From: an uncultured Ignavibacteriaceae bacterium
GTDB taxonomy: Bacteria > Bacteroidota > Ignavibacteria > Ignavibacteriales > Ignavibacteriaceae
Direction: 5' to 3'
Assembly: GCA_963704275.1 (NCBI GenBank)
Contig: CAVPHP010000006.1
Coordinates: 8,352 to 72,351 of the forward strand
DNA length: 64,000 nucleotides
In this document: positions 9,041-18,637 of the stretch, piece after piece
Numbering within the stretch: position 1 is the stretch's first letter
Layout of the letters: the number at the start of each line of letters is the position of its first letter
Notes under the pieces: model-generated
What the model was told of the DNA's origin: nothing
The model's database searches: none
What the model saw: the letters and a program-made list of their open reading frames with translations, nothing else
Made by a program: the position numbers and the translations under genes

Positions 9041-9080
9041 AATAGCCGGTTTCTCATAAGTGATCGGCTATTTGTTTATT
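9041..9080 (+). terminator. rho-independent terminator candidate
   Basis: The stem is aatagccg/cggctatt around a 15-nt loop, followed by tgtttattttt. It lies 48 nt after the stop at 8993. Confidence 0.5.
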
Positions 9081-9317
9081 TTTCAGAATGTTAATTTCAA
9101 AATATTTTGAGAATTTTTTATTTAGTTCTTTCTACGTTAATAAATTTTTTCTAAGTTGTATGTAAGATTTATTGTTAATTATCAATTTTATTTATTTGCA
9201 GATGTTTTTGACTTCAATTAAAAAATCTTTTTCGTTTATCTATTCTACCACACTAAATTTTTCAAAATATAATTTCACATCAGCTATAAATCATTCTTCA
9301 TTTAAAAGGAGCTTTTA

Positions 9318-9989
9318 ATGGGCTGGTTTTTAAAATTCACAAACTCCTCAATCGGCAAAAAATTTATGATGGCTGTTACGGGGAGTTTTCTGCTAATATT
9401 TTTAATCGTTCATTTGGTTGGAAATATAACTTTGTTTTTTGGTGCAAATGCTTTTAATGCTTATGTATCAACCTTAGATGTTGTTAAACCTCTGATCAGG
9501 GTGATCGAAGTAGTTTTACTCGGAGCTTTTGTTCTGCATATCTTTAATGGATTAAGATTGTGGTTGGAAAATAAAAGGGCACGAGGAGTAACATACAAGG
9601 TAAACGGTTCAAAAGATAACAGTACTATCTTTTCAAGAACTATGGCAGTTACAGGATCAATTATATTAATTTTTCTTGTATCCCATCTTGCAACTTTCTT
9701 CTGGAGATTCAATGTTCATGATCCTATGGGACTTGCAACACACCATCAATATTACGATGTAGTTGTTTACTTTTTTAATATGTGGTGGTACTCAATTCTC
9801 TATGTAGTTGCTATGATATTCTTAGGTTATCATCTTAATCACGGATTTCAAAGTGCATTTCAAACATTTGGTTGGAATCACAATAGATACTTTCCAACGA
9901 TTAAAAAAATTGGAATGATTTACGCAATAATTATGGCTTTAGGATTTGCCTCTATGCCACTTTACTTTTTGCTAACAGGAGGTAACTAA
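9318..9989 (+). CDS. sdhC: succinate dehydrogenase/fumarate reductase cytochrome b subunit (b558 family)
   Basis: 223 aa with about five TM helices carrying conserved His residues ([35 protein letters not shown]). It lies immediately upstream of, and overlaps (ATGA-type junction at 9989), the flavoprotein subunit. Confidence 0.85.
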   Translation: MGWFLKFTNSSIGKKFMMAVTGSFLLIFLIVHLVGNITLFFGANAFNAYVSTLDVVKPLIRVIEVVLLGAFVLHIFNGLRLWLENKRARGVTYKVNGSKDNSTIFSRTMAVTGSIILIFLVSHLATFFWRFNVHDPMGLATHHQYYDVVVYFFNMWWYSILYVVAMIFLGYHLNHGFQSAFQTFGWNHNRYFPTIKKIGMIYAIIMALGFASMPLYFLLTGGN

Positions 9990-11899
9990 TGACAAAGCTT
10001 GATTCAAAAATTCCGGCAGGAAACATAGCTGAAAAATGGACGAACCATAAATTCAATATGAAGCTGGTTAATCCATCCAACAAAAGAAAATTTGATATAA
10101 TTGTTGTTGGTACAGGCTTAGCAGGCGCATCCGCCGCGGCTTCTTTAGGAGAACTTGGTTATAATGTTAAAGCATTTACATTTCATGATAGTGCAAGAAG
10201 AGCACATAGTATTTCTGCTCAAGGTGGAATAAATGCTTCAAAAAATTATCAGAACGATGGTGATTCAACTTATAGATTATTTTATGATACTGTTAAAGGC
10301 GGCGATTTCCGTGCACGCGAAGCAAATGTTCATCGTCTTGCAGAGGTAAGCGGAAATATTATTGATCAGTGTGTTGCTCAAGGCGTGCCTTTTGCAAGAG
10401 ATTACGGCGGACTTTTAGATAACCGTTCTTTTGGTGGTGCCCAAGTTTCAAGAACCTTTTATGCAAGAGGACAAACGGGGCAGCAATTATTGCTCGGTGC
10501 AGTTAGTGCGTTGAATCGGCAGGTTGATAAAGGCTCTGTTAAGTTATTCTTAAGAAGAGAAATGCTTGATGTTGTAATTGTAGATGGTGCCGCAAAAGGA
10601 ATTGTAGTAAGAAATTTAATAACAGGCGAGATTGAAAAATATTCAGCGCACGCTGTTGTACTTGCAACCGGTGGATACGCAAACGTTTTTTTCTTATCAA
10701 CAAACGCAATGAACTGTAATGCAACTGCAATCTGGCGCGCGCACAAACGCGGAGCATATTTTGCAAATCCTAGTTTTACACAAATTCATCCAACTTGTTT
10801 ACCATTGCACGGTGAATCACAATCAAAATTGACTTTGATGAGTGAATCGTTACGTAATGATGGAAGAGTTTGGGTATCAAAGAAAAAAGGGGATATGAGA
10901 AATCCTGGAGATATTCCTGAGGATGAAAGAGATTATTATCTTGAAAGAAAATATCCTTCCTTTGGAAATTTAGCTCCGAGAGATATTTCATCACGTGCAG
11001 CCAAGGAAGTTTGTGATGAAGGAAGAGGCGTTAAAGGCGGCGAAGCTGTTTATCTTGATTTTAAAGATGCAATAAATCGTCTTGGACAAAAAGTAATTGA
11101 AGAACGATACGGAAACTTGTTTGAAATTTACGAAACCATAACGGGAGAAAATCCATACAAAACTCCAATGATGATTTATCCTGCCCCGCATTACACAATG
11201 GGCGGATTGTGGGTGGATTATAATTTGATGAGTAATGTTCCTGGATTATTTGTACTTGGTGAAGCAAACTTTTCAGATCACGGCGCAAACCGATTGGGTG
11301 CTTCTGCACTTATGCAAGGTTTAGCTGACGGTTACTTTGTTATTCCTTACACTATGGGAAATTATCTTGGTGGCGATAAACCAACACTAGTAAAAACTGA
11401 TCATCCGGAATTTGAAAAAGTTGCCAAAGAAGTAAAAGATCTAACAAATAAACTTCTTTCTATAAAAGGAAAACGAACTGTTGATGATTTACATAAGCAG
11501 CTTGGTAGAATTATGTGGGATAATGTTGGAATGGGCAGAACAGAAGCCGGATTGAAAAAAACAATTGAAGAAATAAGAAAAGTAAAAGAAGAATTCTGGA
11601 AAAATGTAACGATTCCCGGAAGCGGTGATGATGTTAATCAAACATTAGAACGTGCAGGAAGATTAGTTGATTATTTTGAGCTTGGTGAGTTAATGGCACT
11701 CGATGCTCTTGATAGAAAAGAATCTTGCGGTGGACATTTCCGTGAAGAGTATCAGTTTGAAGATGGCGAAGCTAAGCGTGATGATGAAAACTATTCTTAT
11801 GTTGCTGCATGGGAGTTTGCAGGTGAGAATAAATGGAATCTTCACAAAGAAGAATTGAAGTACGAATATGTAAAACAGGCAATCAGGAGTTACAAATAG
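9989..11899 (+). CDS. sdhA: succinate dehydrogenase/fumarate reductase flavoprotein subunit
   Basis: 636 aa. The FAD fold is [18 protein letters not shown], the covalent-FAD His context is [13 protein letters not shown], and the active-site region is [14 protein letters not shown]. The stop TAG is at 11897..11899. Confidence 0.95.
   Translation: MTKLDSKIPAGNIAEKWTNHKFNMKLVNPSNKRKFDIIVVGTGLAGASAAASLGELGYNVKAFTFHDSARRAHSISAQGGINASKNYQNDGDSTYRLFYDTVKGGDFRAREANVHRLAEVSGNIIDQCVAQGVPFARDYGGLLDNRSFGGAQVSRTFYARGQTGQQLLLGAVSALNRQVDKGSVKLFLRREMLDVVIVDGAAKGIVVRNLITGEIEKYSAHAVVLATGGYANVFFLSTNAMNCNATAIWRAHKRGAYFANPSFTQIHPTCLPLHGESQSKLTLMSESLRNDGRVWVSKKKGDMRNPGDIPEDERDYYLERKYPSFGNLAPRDISSRAAKEVCDEGRGVKGGEAVYLDFKDAINRLGQKVIEERYGNLFEIYETITGENPYKTPMMIYPAPHYTMGGLWVDYNLMSNVPGLFVLGEANFSDHGANRLGASALMQGLADGYFVIPYTMGNYLGGDKPTLVKTDHPEFEKVAKEVKDLTNKLLSIKGKRTVDDLHKQLGRIMWDNVGMGRTEAGLKKTIEEIRKVKEEFWKNVTIPGSGDDVNQTLERAGRLVDYFELGELMALDALDRKESCGGHFREEYQFEDGEAKRDDENYSYVAAWEFAGENKWNLHKEELKYEYVKQAIRSYK
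11886..11898. repeat. left copy of 13-bp direct repeat GGAGTTACAAATA flanking the nuclease cassette
   Basis: Exact 13-mer, also present at 13008..13020. The extended match is 18/20 (ggagttacaaataGtTgaag vs ggagttacaaataAtGgaag). It comprises the last codons of sdhA. Confidence 0.9.
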
Positions 11900-12988
11900 T
11901 TGAAGATTGCAGAAGCAGATATTTCTGAAAAAACTTCTTTTACTAAGATTGTTGAGTTAATTAATCAATCTAAACAAAGAGCTTTTACTTCTGTAAATAA
12001 AGAACTGATAAATCTGTATTGGAACATTGGCGAGTATATTTCTAAAAAAACTGAATCGGATGGTTGGGGGAAAAGTACGGTTGAGAAGTTGTCTAAATTT
12101 ATCCAAAAAGAAATGATTGGCTCGCGTGGTTTTTCTAATCAGAATTTATGGAGAATGAAGCAGTTTTATGAGGTTTATTCAGAATTCCCAAAACTCTCAA
12201 CAGTGTTGAGAGAATTGACCTGGTCGAATAATCTTCATATTCTTACAAAAACGAAGACTATTAAGGAAAAAGAGTTCTACATTAATCTTGCAATTAACGA
12301 AAAATATTCTGCACGCGAACTTGAGCGGCAAATAAATTCTGGGGTTTTTGAGCGGTTTTTACTTTCCAATCAAAAACTGTCAACACTGATGACAGAATCA
12401 CAAAACCAAACTGATGATTCAAAACTCTCACCACTGGTGAGAGAATTACAAAATGCTCAATTACAGCAAATAAACGAGATTTTTAAGGATAAGTATATAT
12501 TTGAGTTTTTAGATTTACCCAAAGATTTTAGCGAGAAAGATTTAAGAAAATCACTTGTAAAAAATCTTAGAGAATTTATTCTGGAATTGGGAAAAGGTTT
12601 TACTTTTGTTGGAGAGGAATATCGATTACAAGTTAGTACTAAAGATTTTTTTGTTGATTTACTTTTTTATCATCGCGGGTTACAATGTTTGGTTGCTATA
12701 GATTTAAAGATTGATGATTTTAGTCCGGAGTATCTTGGCAAAATGAATTTTTATCTTGAAGCACTTGATAAAACACAAAGGTTAGATAACGAAAATCCGA
12801 GTGTTGGATTAATCTTATGTAAAACTAAAGATGATGAAATTGTTAGGTATGCGCTTAACAGAAGTTTATCGCCGACTAAAATTGCAGAGTATGAAACTCA
12901 GTTGATTGATAAAAATATCTTAAAGAAAAAATTGCACGAACTTGGTGAGTATTATTTGTCTGCAGAAAAAATTAAATCCGCTAATTAA
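11900..12988 (+). CDS. YhcG/DUF1016-family PD-(D/E)XK nuclease domain protein inserted between sdhA and sdhB
   Basis: 362 aa. The N-terminal region [59 protein letters not shown] is typical of the DUF1016 N-domain. The C-terminal nuclease core is [25 protein letters not shown] (D...D-x-K). The TTG start lies 10 nt after the AGGAG in the left repeat. Confidence 0.8.
   Translation: MKIAEADISEKTSFTKIVELINQSKQRAFTSVNKELINLYWNIGEYISKKTESDGWGKSTVEKLSKFIQKEMIGSRGFSNQNLWRMKQFYEVYSEFPKLSTVLRELTWSNNLHILTKTKTIKEKEFYINLAINEKYSARELERQINSGVFERFLLSNQKLSTLMTESQNQTDDSKLSPLVRELQNAQLQQINEIFKDKYIFEFLDLPKDFSEKDLRKSLVKNLREFILELGKGFTFVGEEYRLQVSTKDFFVDLLFYHRGLQCLVAIDLKIDDFSPEYLGKMNFYLEALDKTQRLDNENPSVGLILCKTKDDEIVRYALNRSLSPTKIAEYETQLIDKNILKKKLHELGEYYLSAEKIKSAN
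12194..12443. repeat. three codon-phased palindromic units inside the nuclease gene
   Basis: 12194..12212 is ctctcaaca-g-tgttgagag (perfect 9+9). 12377..12395 is ctgtcaaca-c-tgatgacag (8/9). 12425..12443 is ctctcacca-c-tggtgagag (perfect 9+9). Each unit is embedded in caaaaCTnTCAnCAnTGnTGAnAGaat. All start in codon phase 0 and encode LSTVLRE / LSTLMTE / LSPLVRE. Confidence 0.85.
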
Positions 12989-13007
12989 AAAAGTTTGAAA
13001 ATAATTT

Positions 13008-13020
13008 GGAGTTACAAATA
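13008..13020. repeat. right copy of 13-bp direct repeat GGAGTTACAAATA
   Basis: Identical to 11886..11898. It is directly followed by the sdhB ATG at 13021 and supplies a GGAG ribosome-binding site. Confidence 0.9.
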
Positions 13021-13791
13021 ATGGAAGCAAAAAAGTTAAATCTTACTCTTAACATTTGGAGACAGAAAAATAATAAATCTGTTGGAAGTTTTGCTGAATA
13101 CAAAGTTCAGGTTTCTCCTGATGCATCTTTTCTTGAAATGCTTGATGAGTTAAATAATACCCTGGAATTAAAGGGCGAAGAAGCAATACACTTTGAAAGT
13201 GATTGCCGTGAAGGAATTTGCGGAACTTGCGGATTAGTTATAAATGGACACGCCCATGGACCAATACCAAAAATTGCAACTTGCCAATTACATATGCGTA
13301 ACTTTAAAGATGGTGAAACAATTTGGGTTGAACCTTTTAGAGCAAAAGCTTTTCCTATTATAAAAGATTTAATGGTAGATCGCTCCGGCTTTGATGAAAT
13401 TTTACAAGCCGGCGGTTATGTTTCTATAAACACTGGCGGGGTTCCTGATGGTAATGCTATCCCAATTCAAAAAGAAGTTTCAAGCTTGGCGATGGATGCT
13501 GCGGCTTGTATTGGTTGCGGAGCGTGTGTTGCTGCTTGCAAAAATGCAAGTGCTATGCTATTTGTTTCAGCAAAGGTTTCCCAATATGCTCTGCTTCCAC
13601 AGGGCCAGCCGGAACGATACATGAGAGTTGAAAAAATGGTGAAGGTAATGGATGATCTTGGGTTTGGAAGCTGTACAAATACTTACGCCTGCGAAGCTGA
13701 ATGTCCTAAAGGAATCTCTGTTACAAATATTGCCCGAATGAACAGAGATTTTATTGCGGCTAAGATAAAGTCTAAAGAAGTGGAAGTTTAG
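13021..13791 (+). CDS. sdhB: succinate dehydrogenase/fumarate reductase iron-sulfur subunit
   Basis: The 2Fe-2S motif is [11 protein letters not shown]. The 4Fe-4S/3Fe-4S motifs are [11 protein letters not shown] and [15 protein letters not shown] 13021 is preferred over the track TTG at 13006 because of the GGAG spacing. Confidence 0.9.
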   Translation: MEAKKLNLTLNIWRQKNNKSVGSFAEYKVQVSPDASFLEMLDELNNTLELKGEEAIHFESDCREGICGTCGLVINGHAHGPIPKIATCQLHMRNFKDGETIWVEPFRAKAFPIIKDLMVDRSGFDEILQAGGYVSINTGGVPDGNAIPIQKEVSSLAMDAAACIGCGACVAACKNASAMLFVSAKVSQYALLPQGQPERYMRVEKMVKVMDDLGFGSCTNTYACEAECPKGISVTNIARMNRDFIAAKIKSKEVEV

Positions 13792-13911
13792 TAAATAGTT
13801 AATAATAACTTATTTTATTCAAATCCCGGTTAACTTTGCCAAATAGATGGTTTAGTCTTAATCGGGATTTTTTTATATTTTTACCTGCCACTCAAACTAA
13901 AAGAGAATAAT

Positions 13912-15684
13912 ATGTTTGAAAACGAAATAAAATTTATTAGTGACTTTACACTTAACAAAGTAAAAGATCTTGGATCTTTTATAACTGTTGAAAAATTACT
14001 TGCAACAGATATTCATCCTTCTGTAAAAAAATATGTAGAGGGCGAAATAGATTATCTGATTTCTGAAGATCGCAAGAAGTTGATTGAGAATTCTTTGTTT
14101 GATTATTCAGGTGCTGAAATCTCAAATTATTTTAATCTTATCGGTAACGAAATAAAGAAGACTAAAAAGATTTCTTTTGAAGACATTAAAAACATTGTGC
14201 TTCAAGCCGTTTCCTTTAATGCTAATTACGTTGTTCGCCCAAAATGGTCGTTATCAAAATTAATTTTTGGAAACAACAAATCAGTTTCGGTTAATGAACT
14301 TAAAATGATGCTGCGTTACACTTATTATTATGAATATCTTAACAATGTTTTCATCGCATACTTATCAAAGAAAAAAATTCTGAATATTACAGTTACTGAG
14401 TTTGAACTAATTGTAAATAAGATTGACCGCGAATTATTTATGCTTCATCAAAGCAAGCTTGTTGATAATGCACTTTATGCAATTGCAGATTATTTTAGTA
14501 TTGGCGGACTTAATAAATCAAATGTTAGTGTTGAGGCTGTGGAAAATTTCTTAAAAGAAAAAAATCTTACAGAACTTCTTTTCAAACTAAAACGAGCTTA
14601 TTCAAATTCATCTAAAAAGAAAGCTGATATTGAGGATATCCGAAAAATTCTTTACTCAACTTTAAGTATTGATTCCCCATTCGTTGAAGATGCAAACGGC
14701 GAAGGAACAGCCGTTGGCGATACTTATTTTGAAAATCCACTTAAAGGTGAATTTATAAATGATGAAGAAATTTTAGAAAATGAAAATGAAATCGATGCAA
14801 ATTCTGAAATTGAATTGGATACAAAAGAAGAATTAAATGATATCGCAAATGAAGAAAATGAAATTGAATCTTTAAATATTGTGGAAGAAAAAGTTGAAGA
14901 AACCCCATTAGAAGTTGTTGAAGAAGCATTATCTAAAACTGAACCGGAAAAATTTGAAATAAATGAAGATGACAGAATTGAAACATCTGAGCTGAGAGAA
15001 CTTGAAATAAATAGTGATGATTCTGAAAGAGAACTGAATGTAAATGAAGCTGAATTACCCGAAACAGATAAATCAATTTTGAATGATTCGATTGATGAAG
15101 AAGATGTACTTGCTCATCTTACAGAAGAAATGGAAAGTGATGATGAAATAGTTATACTTGATGATAAAGAGCAGGAAGACTTATTAAATTTTTATGATAA
15201 TGAACTTGAAATATCGATTGATGATGATGTACCAATAAATAAAGATAAAAAAGAAAATGTGGATGATAATATTTCTGTGGATATAACTAATTTGGAATTT
15301 GAACATGAACTACCAATTGCTGACGAATTAGATCAGGAAGTTTCGATTGAAAAGTTGGATTTTGAAAAAGATTTACTCGGTGTTGATGAAACTAAAGATA
15401 GTGATTCAACAGAGGAAGAAAGTACAATCGAACCATTTACCAAAAAACGAAGTGATGACGTTTTTACATATCTTTCTAAAAAAGAAATTGATCGGATCAT
15501 AAAAAATCTTTTTAATTCTGATAGCGAAGATTTTGCAAACACGATAGAAAAAATGACGATGTGCAGTACTTACGAAGAAGCCTCTGCAATTTTAGATAAT
15601 GTTTTTAAGTATGCACGTATTAAACCTCACAGCCGCGATGCAAATACTTTAACTAATGCTGTATCCAAATATTTTAATGTCTAA
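13912..15684 (+). CDS. hypothetical protein with an about 250-aa hyper-acidic low-complexity central region
   Basis: 590 aa ORF with no recognised motifs. Residues about 260-510 are dominated by E/D/N/I/L. The N-terminal (about 250 aa) and C-terminal (about 80 aa) regions look globular. Confidence 0.55.
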   Translation: MFENEIKFISDFTLNKVKDLGSFITVEKLLATDIHPSVKKYVEGEIDYLISEDRKKLIENSLFDYSGAEISNYFNLIGNEIKKTKKISFEDIKNIVLQAVSFNANYVVRPKWSLSKLIFGNNKSVSVNELKMMLRYTYYYEYLNNVFIAYLSKKKILNITVTEFELIVNKIDRELFMLHQSKLVDNALYAIADYFSIGGLNKSNVSVEAVENFLKEKNLTELLFKLKRAYSNSSKKKADIEDIRKILYSTLSIDSPFVEDANGEGTAVGDTYFENPLKGEFINDEEILENENEIDANSEIELDTKEELNDIANEENEIESLNIVEEKVEETPLEVVEEALSKTEPEKFEINEDDRIETSELRELEINSDDSERELNVNEAELPETDKSILNDSIDEEDVLAHLTEEMESDDEIVILDDKEQEDLLNFYDNELEISIDDDVPINKDKKENVDDNISVDITNLEFEHELPIADELDQEVSIEKLDFEKDLLGVDETKDSDSTEEESTIEPFTKKRSDDVFTYLSKKEIDRIIKNLFNSDSEDFANTIEKMTMCSTYEEASAILDNVFKYARIKPHSRDANTLTNAVSKYFNV

Positions 15685-15702
15685 AAGTAAAGTCTAAAAT
15701 TA

Positions 15703-16692
15703 ATGTTCATTGATTTCGTAAAAATTGAAGTTGGATCCGGTAAAGGCGGCGATGGTGCAGTTGCTTTTAGAAGAGAAAAATATGTTCCCAAAGGCGGTCC
15801 ATCAGGTGGAAATGGCGGTGTTGGAGGCAGCGTAATTTTTGAAACCCAAACAAACTTATCAACTCTATTAAATTTTAGATACAAAAAAAAGTTTTTTGCT
15901 GATGATGGTAAACCCGGAGCCACTTCGTTAAAAGACGGAAAGAACGGGGAAGACGTAATTATAAAAGTTCCTGTTGGAACAATTGTAAAAGATGCTGAAA
16001 CCGAAGAAGTCTTATTAGATCTTTCTGAAGAAAATAAAATAGTTGTTTTTGCAAAAGGCGGCACGGGCGGAAAGGGGAACAGTAATTTTGCAACTCCAAC
16101 AAGAAGAACCCCAAGATTTGCAACCAACGGTAAACCAGGCGAGCAACGGAAATTAATTTTAGAACTTAAACTGATTGCAGATGTTGGTTTAGTTGGATTT
16201 CCAAACGCGGGCAAATCAACGTTAATCTCAAAAATTTCTGCAGCAAAACCAAAAATTGCAGATTATCCATTTACAACACTTGAACCAAATTTAGGGATTG
16301 TTAAATACAAAGATTATCAAAGTTTTACTGTTGCGGATATTCCCGGTATTATTGAAGGTGCACATCAAGGTAAAGGATTGGGAATTCAATTTTTACGGCA
16401 TATCGAAAGAACAAGGATTTTATTATTTCTAATTGATATAACTTCAGAAAATTATCAAGCTGATTTTGATACCCTTTACAATGAACTAAAAAAATACAGT
16501 AAAAAACTTGTAGATAAAAAGATTATTGTTTCACTTTCCAAATCAGATTTAATTTCTGAAAAAGAATTGAAAAAACTAGAAAAAACAAAAATCAAGAAAA
16601 TTAAAGATCCAATCATGGTTTTTTCATCCGCAACCGGATTTGGCTTAAAATCTTTGCAGGATAAACTGTGGGAAACCTTAAATAAAGCATAA
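15703..16692 (+). CDS. obg: GTPase Obg/CgtA
   Basis: The Gly-rich Obg fold is MFIDFVKIEVGSGKGGDGAVAFRREKYVPKGGPSGGNGG. The G-domain motifs are GFPNAGKST, DIPGIIEGAH and the downstream SKSD. Confidence 0.95.
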   Translation: MFIDFVKIEVGSGKGGDGAVAFRREKYVPKGGPSGGNGGVGGSVIFETQTNLSTLLNFRYKKKFFADDGKPGATSLKDGKNGEDVIIKVPVGTIVKDAETEEVLLDLSEENKIVVFAKGGTGGKGNSNFATPTRRTPRFATNGKPGEQRKLILELKLIADVGLVGFPNAGKSTLISKISAAKPKIADYPFTTLEPNLGIVKYKDYQSFTVADIPGIIEGAHQGKGLGIQFLRHIERTRILLFLIDITSENYQADFDTLYNELKKYSKKLVDKKIIVSLSKSDLISEKELKKLEKTKIKKIKDPIMVFSSATGFGLKSLQDKLWETLNKA

Positions 16693-16749
16693 TTTGGTAT
16701 TTTTTTTGAATTTCACAGGCAAAGATTTATATTTACAACCTAAATTTTC

Positions 16750-16823
16750 GGCGGGGTAGCTCAGTAGGTTAGAGCAGTGGAATCATAATCCACGTGTCGG
16801 GGGTTCGAATCCCTCCCCCGCTA
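16750..16823 (+). tRNA. tRNA with CAT anticodon (elongator Met or lysidine-modified Ile2)
   Basis: Manual cloverleaf: ggcgggg ta gctc agtaggtta gagc a gtgga atCATaa tccac gtgtc ggggg ttcgaat ccctc ccccgct a. Length 74 nt, with a G1-U72 wobble. It is not initiator-like, as the anticodon stem lacks the GGG/CCC run. Confidence 0.85.
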
Positions 16824-16843
16824 CAATATTAAGGAGAAATAAT

Positions 16844-17182
16844 ATGTACACATTGTTAGTATTGTTAGCAACTATTATCGCCATAATTCTTATTGTGATG
16901 GTTTTATTGCAATCAAGTAAAGGCGGCGGTTTAGCCGGAACTTTTGGCGGCGCAGGAGGTATGGGAACTATGTTTGGATCCCGTAGAACTGCGGACTTTT
17001 TAAGTAAAGGTACCTGGTGGTTAGCAGGTGTTCTTGCTGTGCTTGCTTTGGTAATTAATTTATTCTTTTTACCGGGACAAACAACAGCAGATCAAAGAAG
17101 TGTTATTCAGGAAGGCGGAAGAACAAACGTTCCAACTGCTCCTACACTTCCTCCACAAAATCAACCACCTGCTGGTAAATAG
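16844..17182 (+). CDS. secG: preprotein translocase subunit SecG
   Basis: 112 aa. The N-terminal TM is followed by LLQSSKGGGLAGTFGGAGG and a second TM. This is the characteristic SecG signature. Confidence 0.85.
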   Translation: MYTLLVLLATIIAIILIVMVLLQSSKGGGLAGTFGGAGGMGTMFGSRRTADFLSKGTWWLAGVLAVLALVINLFFLPGQTTADQRSVIQEGGRTNVPTAPTLPPQNQPPAGK

Positions 17183-17216
17183 TTTTATTTACAGCTCCGA
17201 TTAGAAATCAAATATT

Positions 17217-18509
17217 TTAATCGGGGCTGTTTGATTTTAAATCCATAAGTAACTCTACAATCCGATCTTGAACATCTCTATAATATCCCCAACCGCCTTT
17301 ATTAAATTCAAAAATAATAGTTACAATTAAATCATCACCATCCGAAGTAGTTAAGTATCCTGCTAATCCTGAAACTCCATTTAAAGAACCGGTTTTCCCT
17401 CTAAAATTATTTTCAGCTTCAGTACCCATCATTCTTCCTCTAAGTGTTCCATCAACACCGGCAATGCTTAAGGAGTTATAAAAATCATCAAAGTGAACGA
17501 GATCAAAATACATTTTTTCTAATACGCCGTTTATTGCTAATGGAGTTGCTTGATCTGATCGAGAAATACCCGATCCGTCAACAATTTCAGTACCGATCCA
17601 ATAAATATTATTATCCTTTACAAATTTTAAGATGGCTTGTTGAGAGAAAAAAGAATTACCTTGCAGTTTAGTTGATTCTGCACCCAGAGTTTTAAATAAA
17701 CATTCTGCTAAAAAATTATCGCTGTGTTTATTAATCAAAGCAATTAAATCTTTAAGTTGAATTGATTTTTCTGCTAATGGAAAAACCTTAATCGGAGTAA
17801 CTCCTTTTATTGTTTTACCTTTTACTTCTATACCAGATGCCTTCAGCTTTTCGGTGAGTTTATTTGCAGAAAAGAGTGACGGGTCTTTTACATTCTCTGA
17901 GATGTAGCGATATCTTCTTCTTATTTTTTTTCTAATTGTTGTTCTGTTGCGATCTAAAACTAATGCAGAAATTGGTGGAAGCTTTACATTTGCGCCTTCT
18001 CCTTCGATCCAATCTTCACGTACATAGATATCATCAAAATAAGTATCATCTCCGACTATAGAGCCTGTAATACTTTTGATTCCTCTTTTACTAAGTTCGT
18101 TTACAAGATATTCTAAATCTGATTCCGTAAAAGTTGAATTGCCAAATCCTTTTATATAAAGATTACCGTTAATGATTCCATCTTTTAAATTGATATCATC
18201 TGAAAATAATTTTGTAGATAGTTTGTGCTCACCTCCCATTATTCCGAGTGAAGTTGAGGTTGTAAATAGTTTTGTTAAAGAAGCAGGAGTCATTGGTTTT
18301 GATTCATTCAAAGCAAAAATTGTATCCTGCATTAGCGGGTTATAAATCATAACGCCGCTAATAGCATTTGCCGGCAGATTTGAAATAACCTCTCGAATCT
18401 TGTTTGCTATCTCTTCTTTTGAAGATGCAAATAGATTGCTTAAGGTAAATAGAAAAATAAATAAACCGGTTTTTATCATAACTCTCAAAAAAAAATGATA
18501 TTTTGACAT
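17217..18509 (-). CDS. dacB: D-alanyl-D-alanine carboxypeptidase/endopeptidase (PBP4, peptidase S13)
   Basis: The SxxK motif is in TPASLTKLFTT, the SxN motif is in KHSDNFLAE, and the KTG motif is in RGKTGSLNGVS. An N-terminal signal sequence is present. Confidence 0.85.
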   Translation of the reverse strand: MSKYHFFLRVMIKTGLFIFLFTLSNLFASSKEEIANKIREVISNLPANAISGVMIYNPLMQDTIFALNESKPMTPASLTKLFTTSTSLGIMGGEHKLSTKLFSDDINLKDGIINGNLYIKGFGNSTFTESDLEYLVNELSKRGIKSITGSIVGDDTYFDDIYVREDWIEGEGANVKLPPISALVLDRNRTTIRKKIRRRYRYISENVKDPSLFSANKLTEKLKASGIEVKGKTIKGVTPIKVFPLAEKSIQLKDLIALINKHSDNFLAECLFKTLGAESTKLQGNSFFSQQAILKFVKDNNIYWIGTEIVDGSGISRSDQATPLAINGVLEKMYFDLVHFDDFYNSLSIAGVDGTLRGRMMGTEAENNFRGKTGSLNGVSGLAGYLTTSDGDDLIVTIIFEFNKGGWGYYRDVQDRIVELLMDLKSNSPD

Positions 18510-18637
18510 ACTATTTTTATAATTATTGGTGAATCAATTTTGTTTCTATGCAAATATAAACAGAAACCATTCTTCAATTAAACACAAACTTTTTAACTTT
18601 CATTTTAAATAATTATTTTCAATAACAAAGGCTTAGT

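Noticed and set aside
14690-15440. Possible tandem DNA repeat or CRISPR-like periodicity in the acidic-protein gene
   Set aside because: The region is compositionally biased (GAA/GAT/AAT-rich) but has no exact repeated unit or regular spacing. No CRISPR-like repeat-spacer array exists anywhere in the window.
15681-16214. 177-aa ORF antisense to obg (PAFGNPTKPTSAISLS...PPTPPFPPDGPPLG)
   Set aside because: It is the reverse complement of the Gly-rich Obg fold and G-domain, giving a Pro/Ser/Thr-rich low-complexity translation with no start context. obg on the plus strand has unmistakable motifs.
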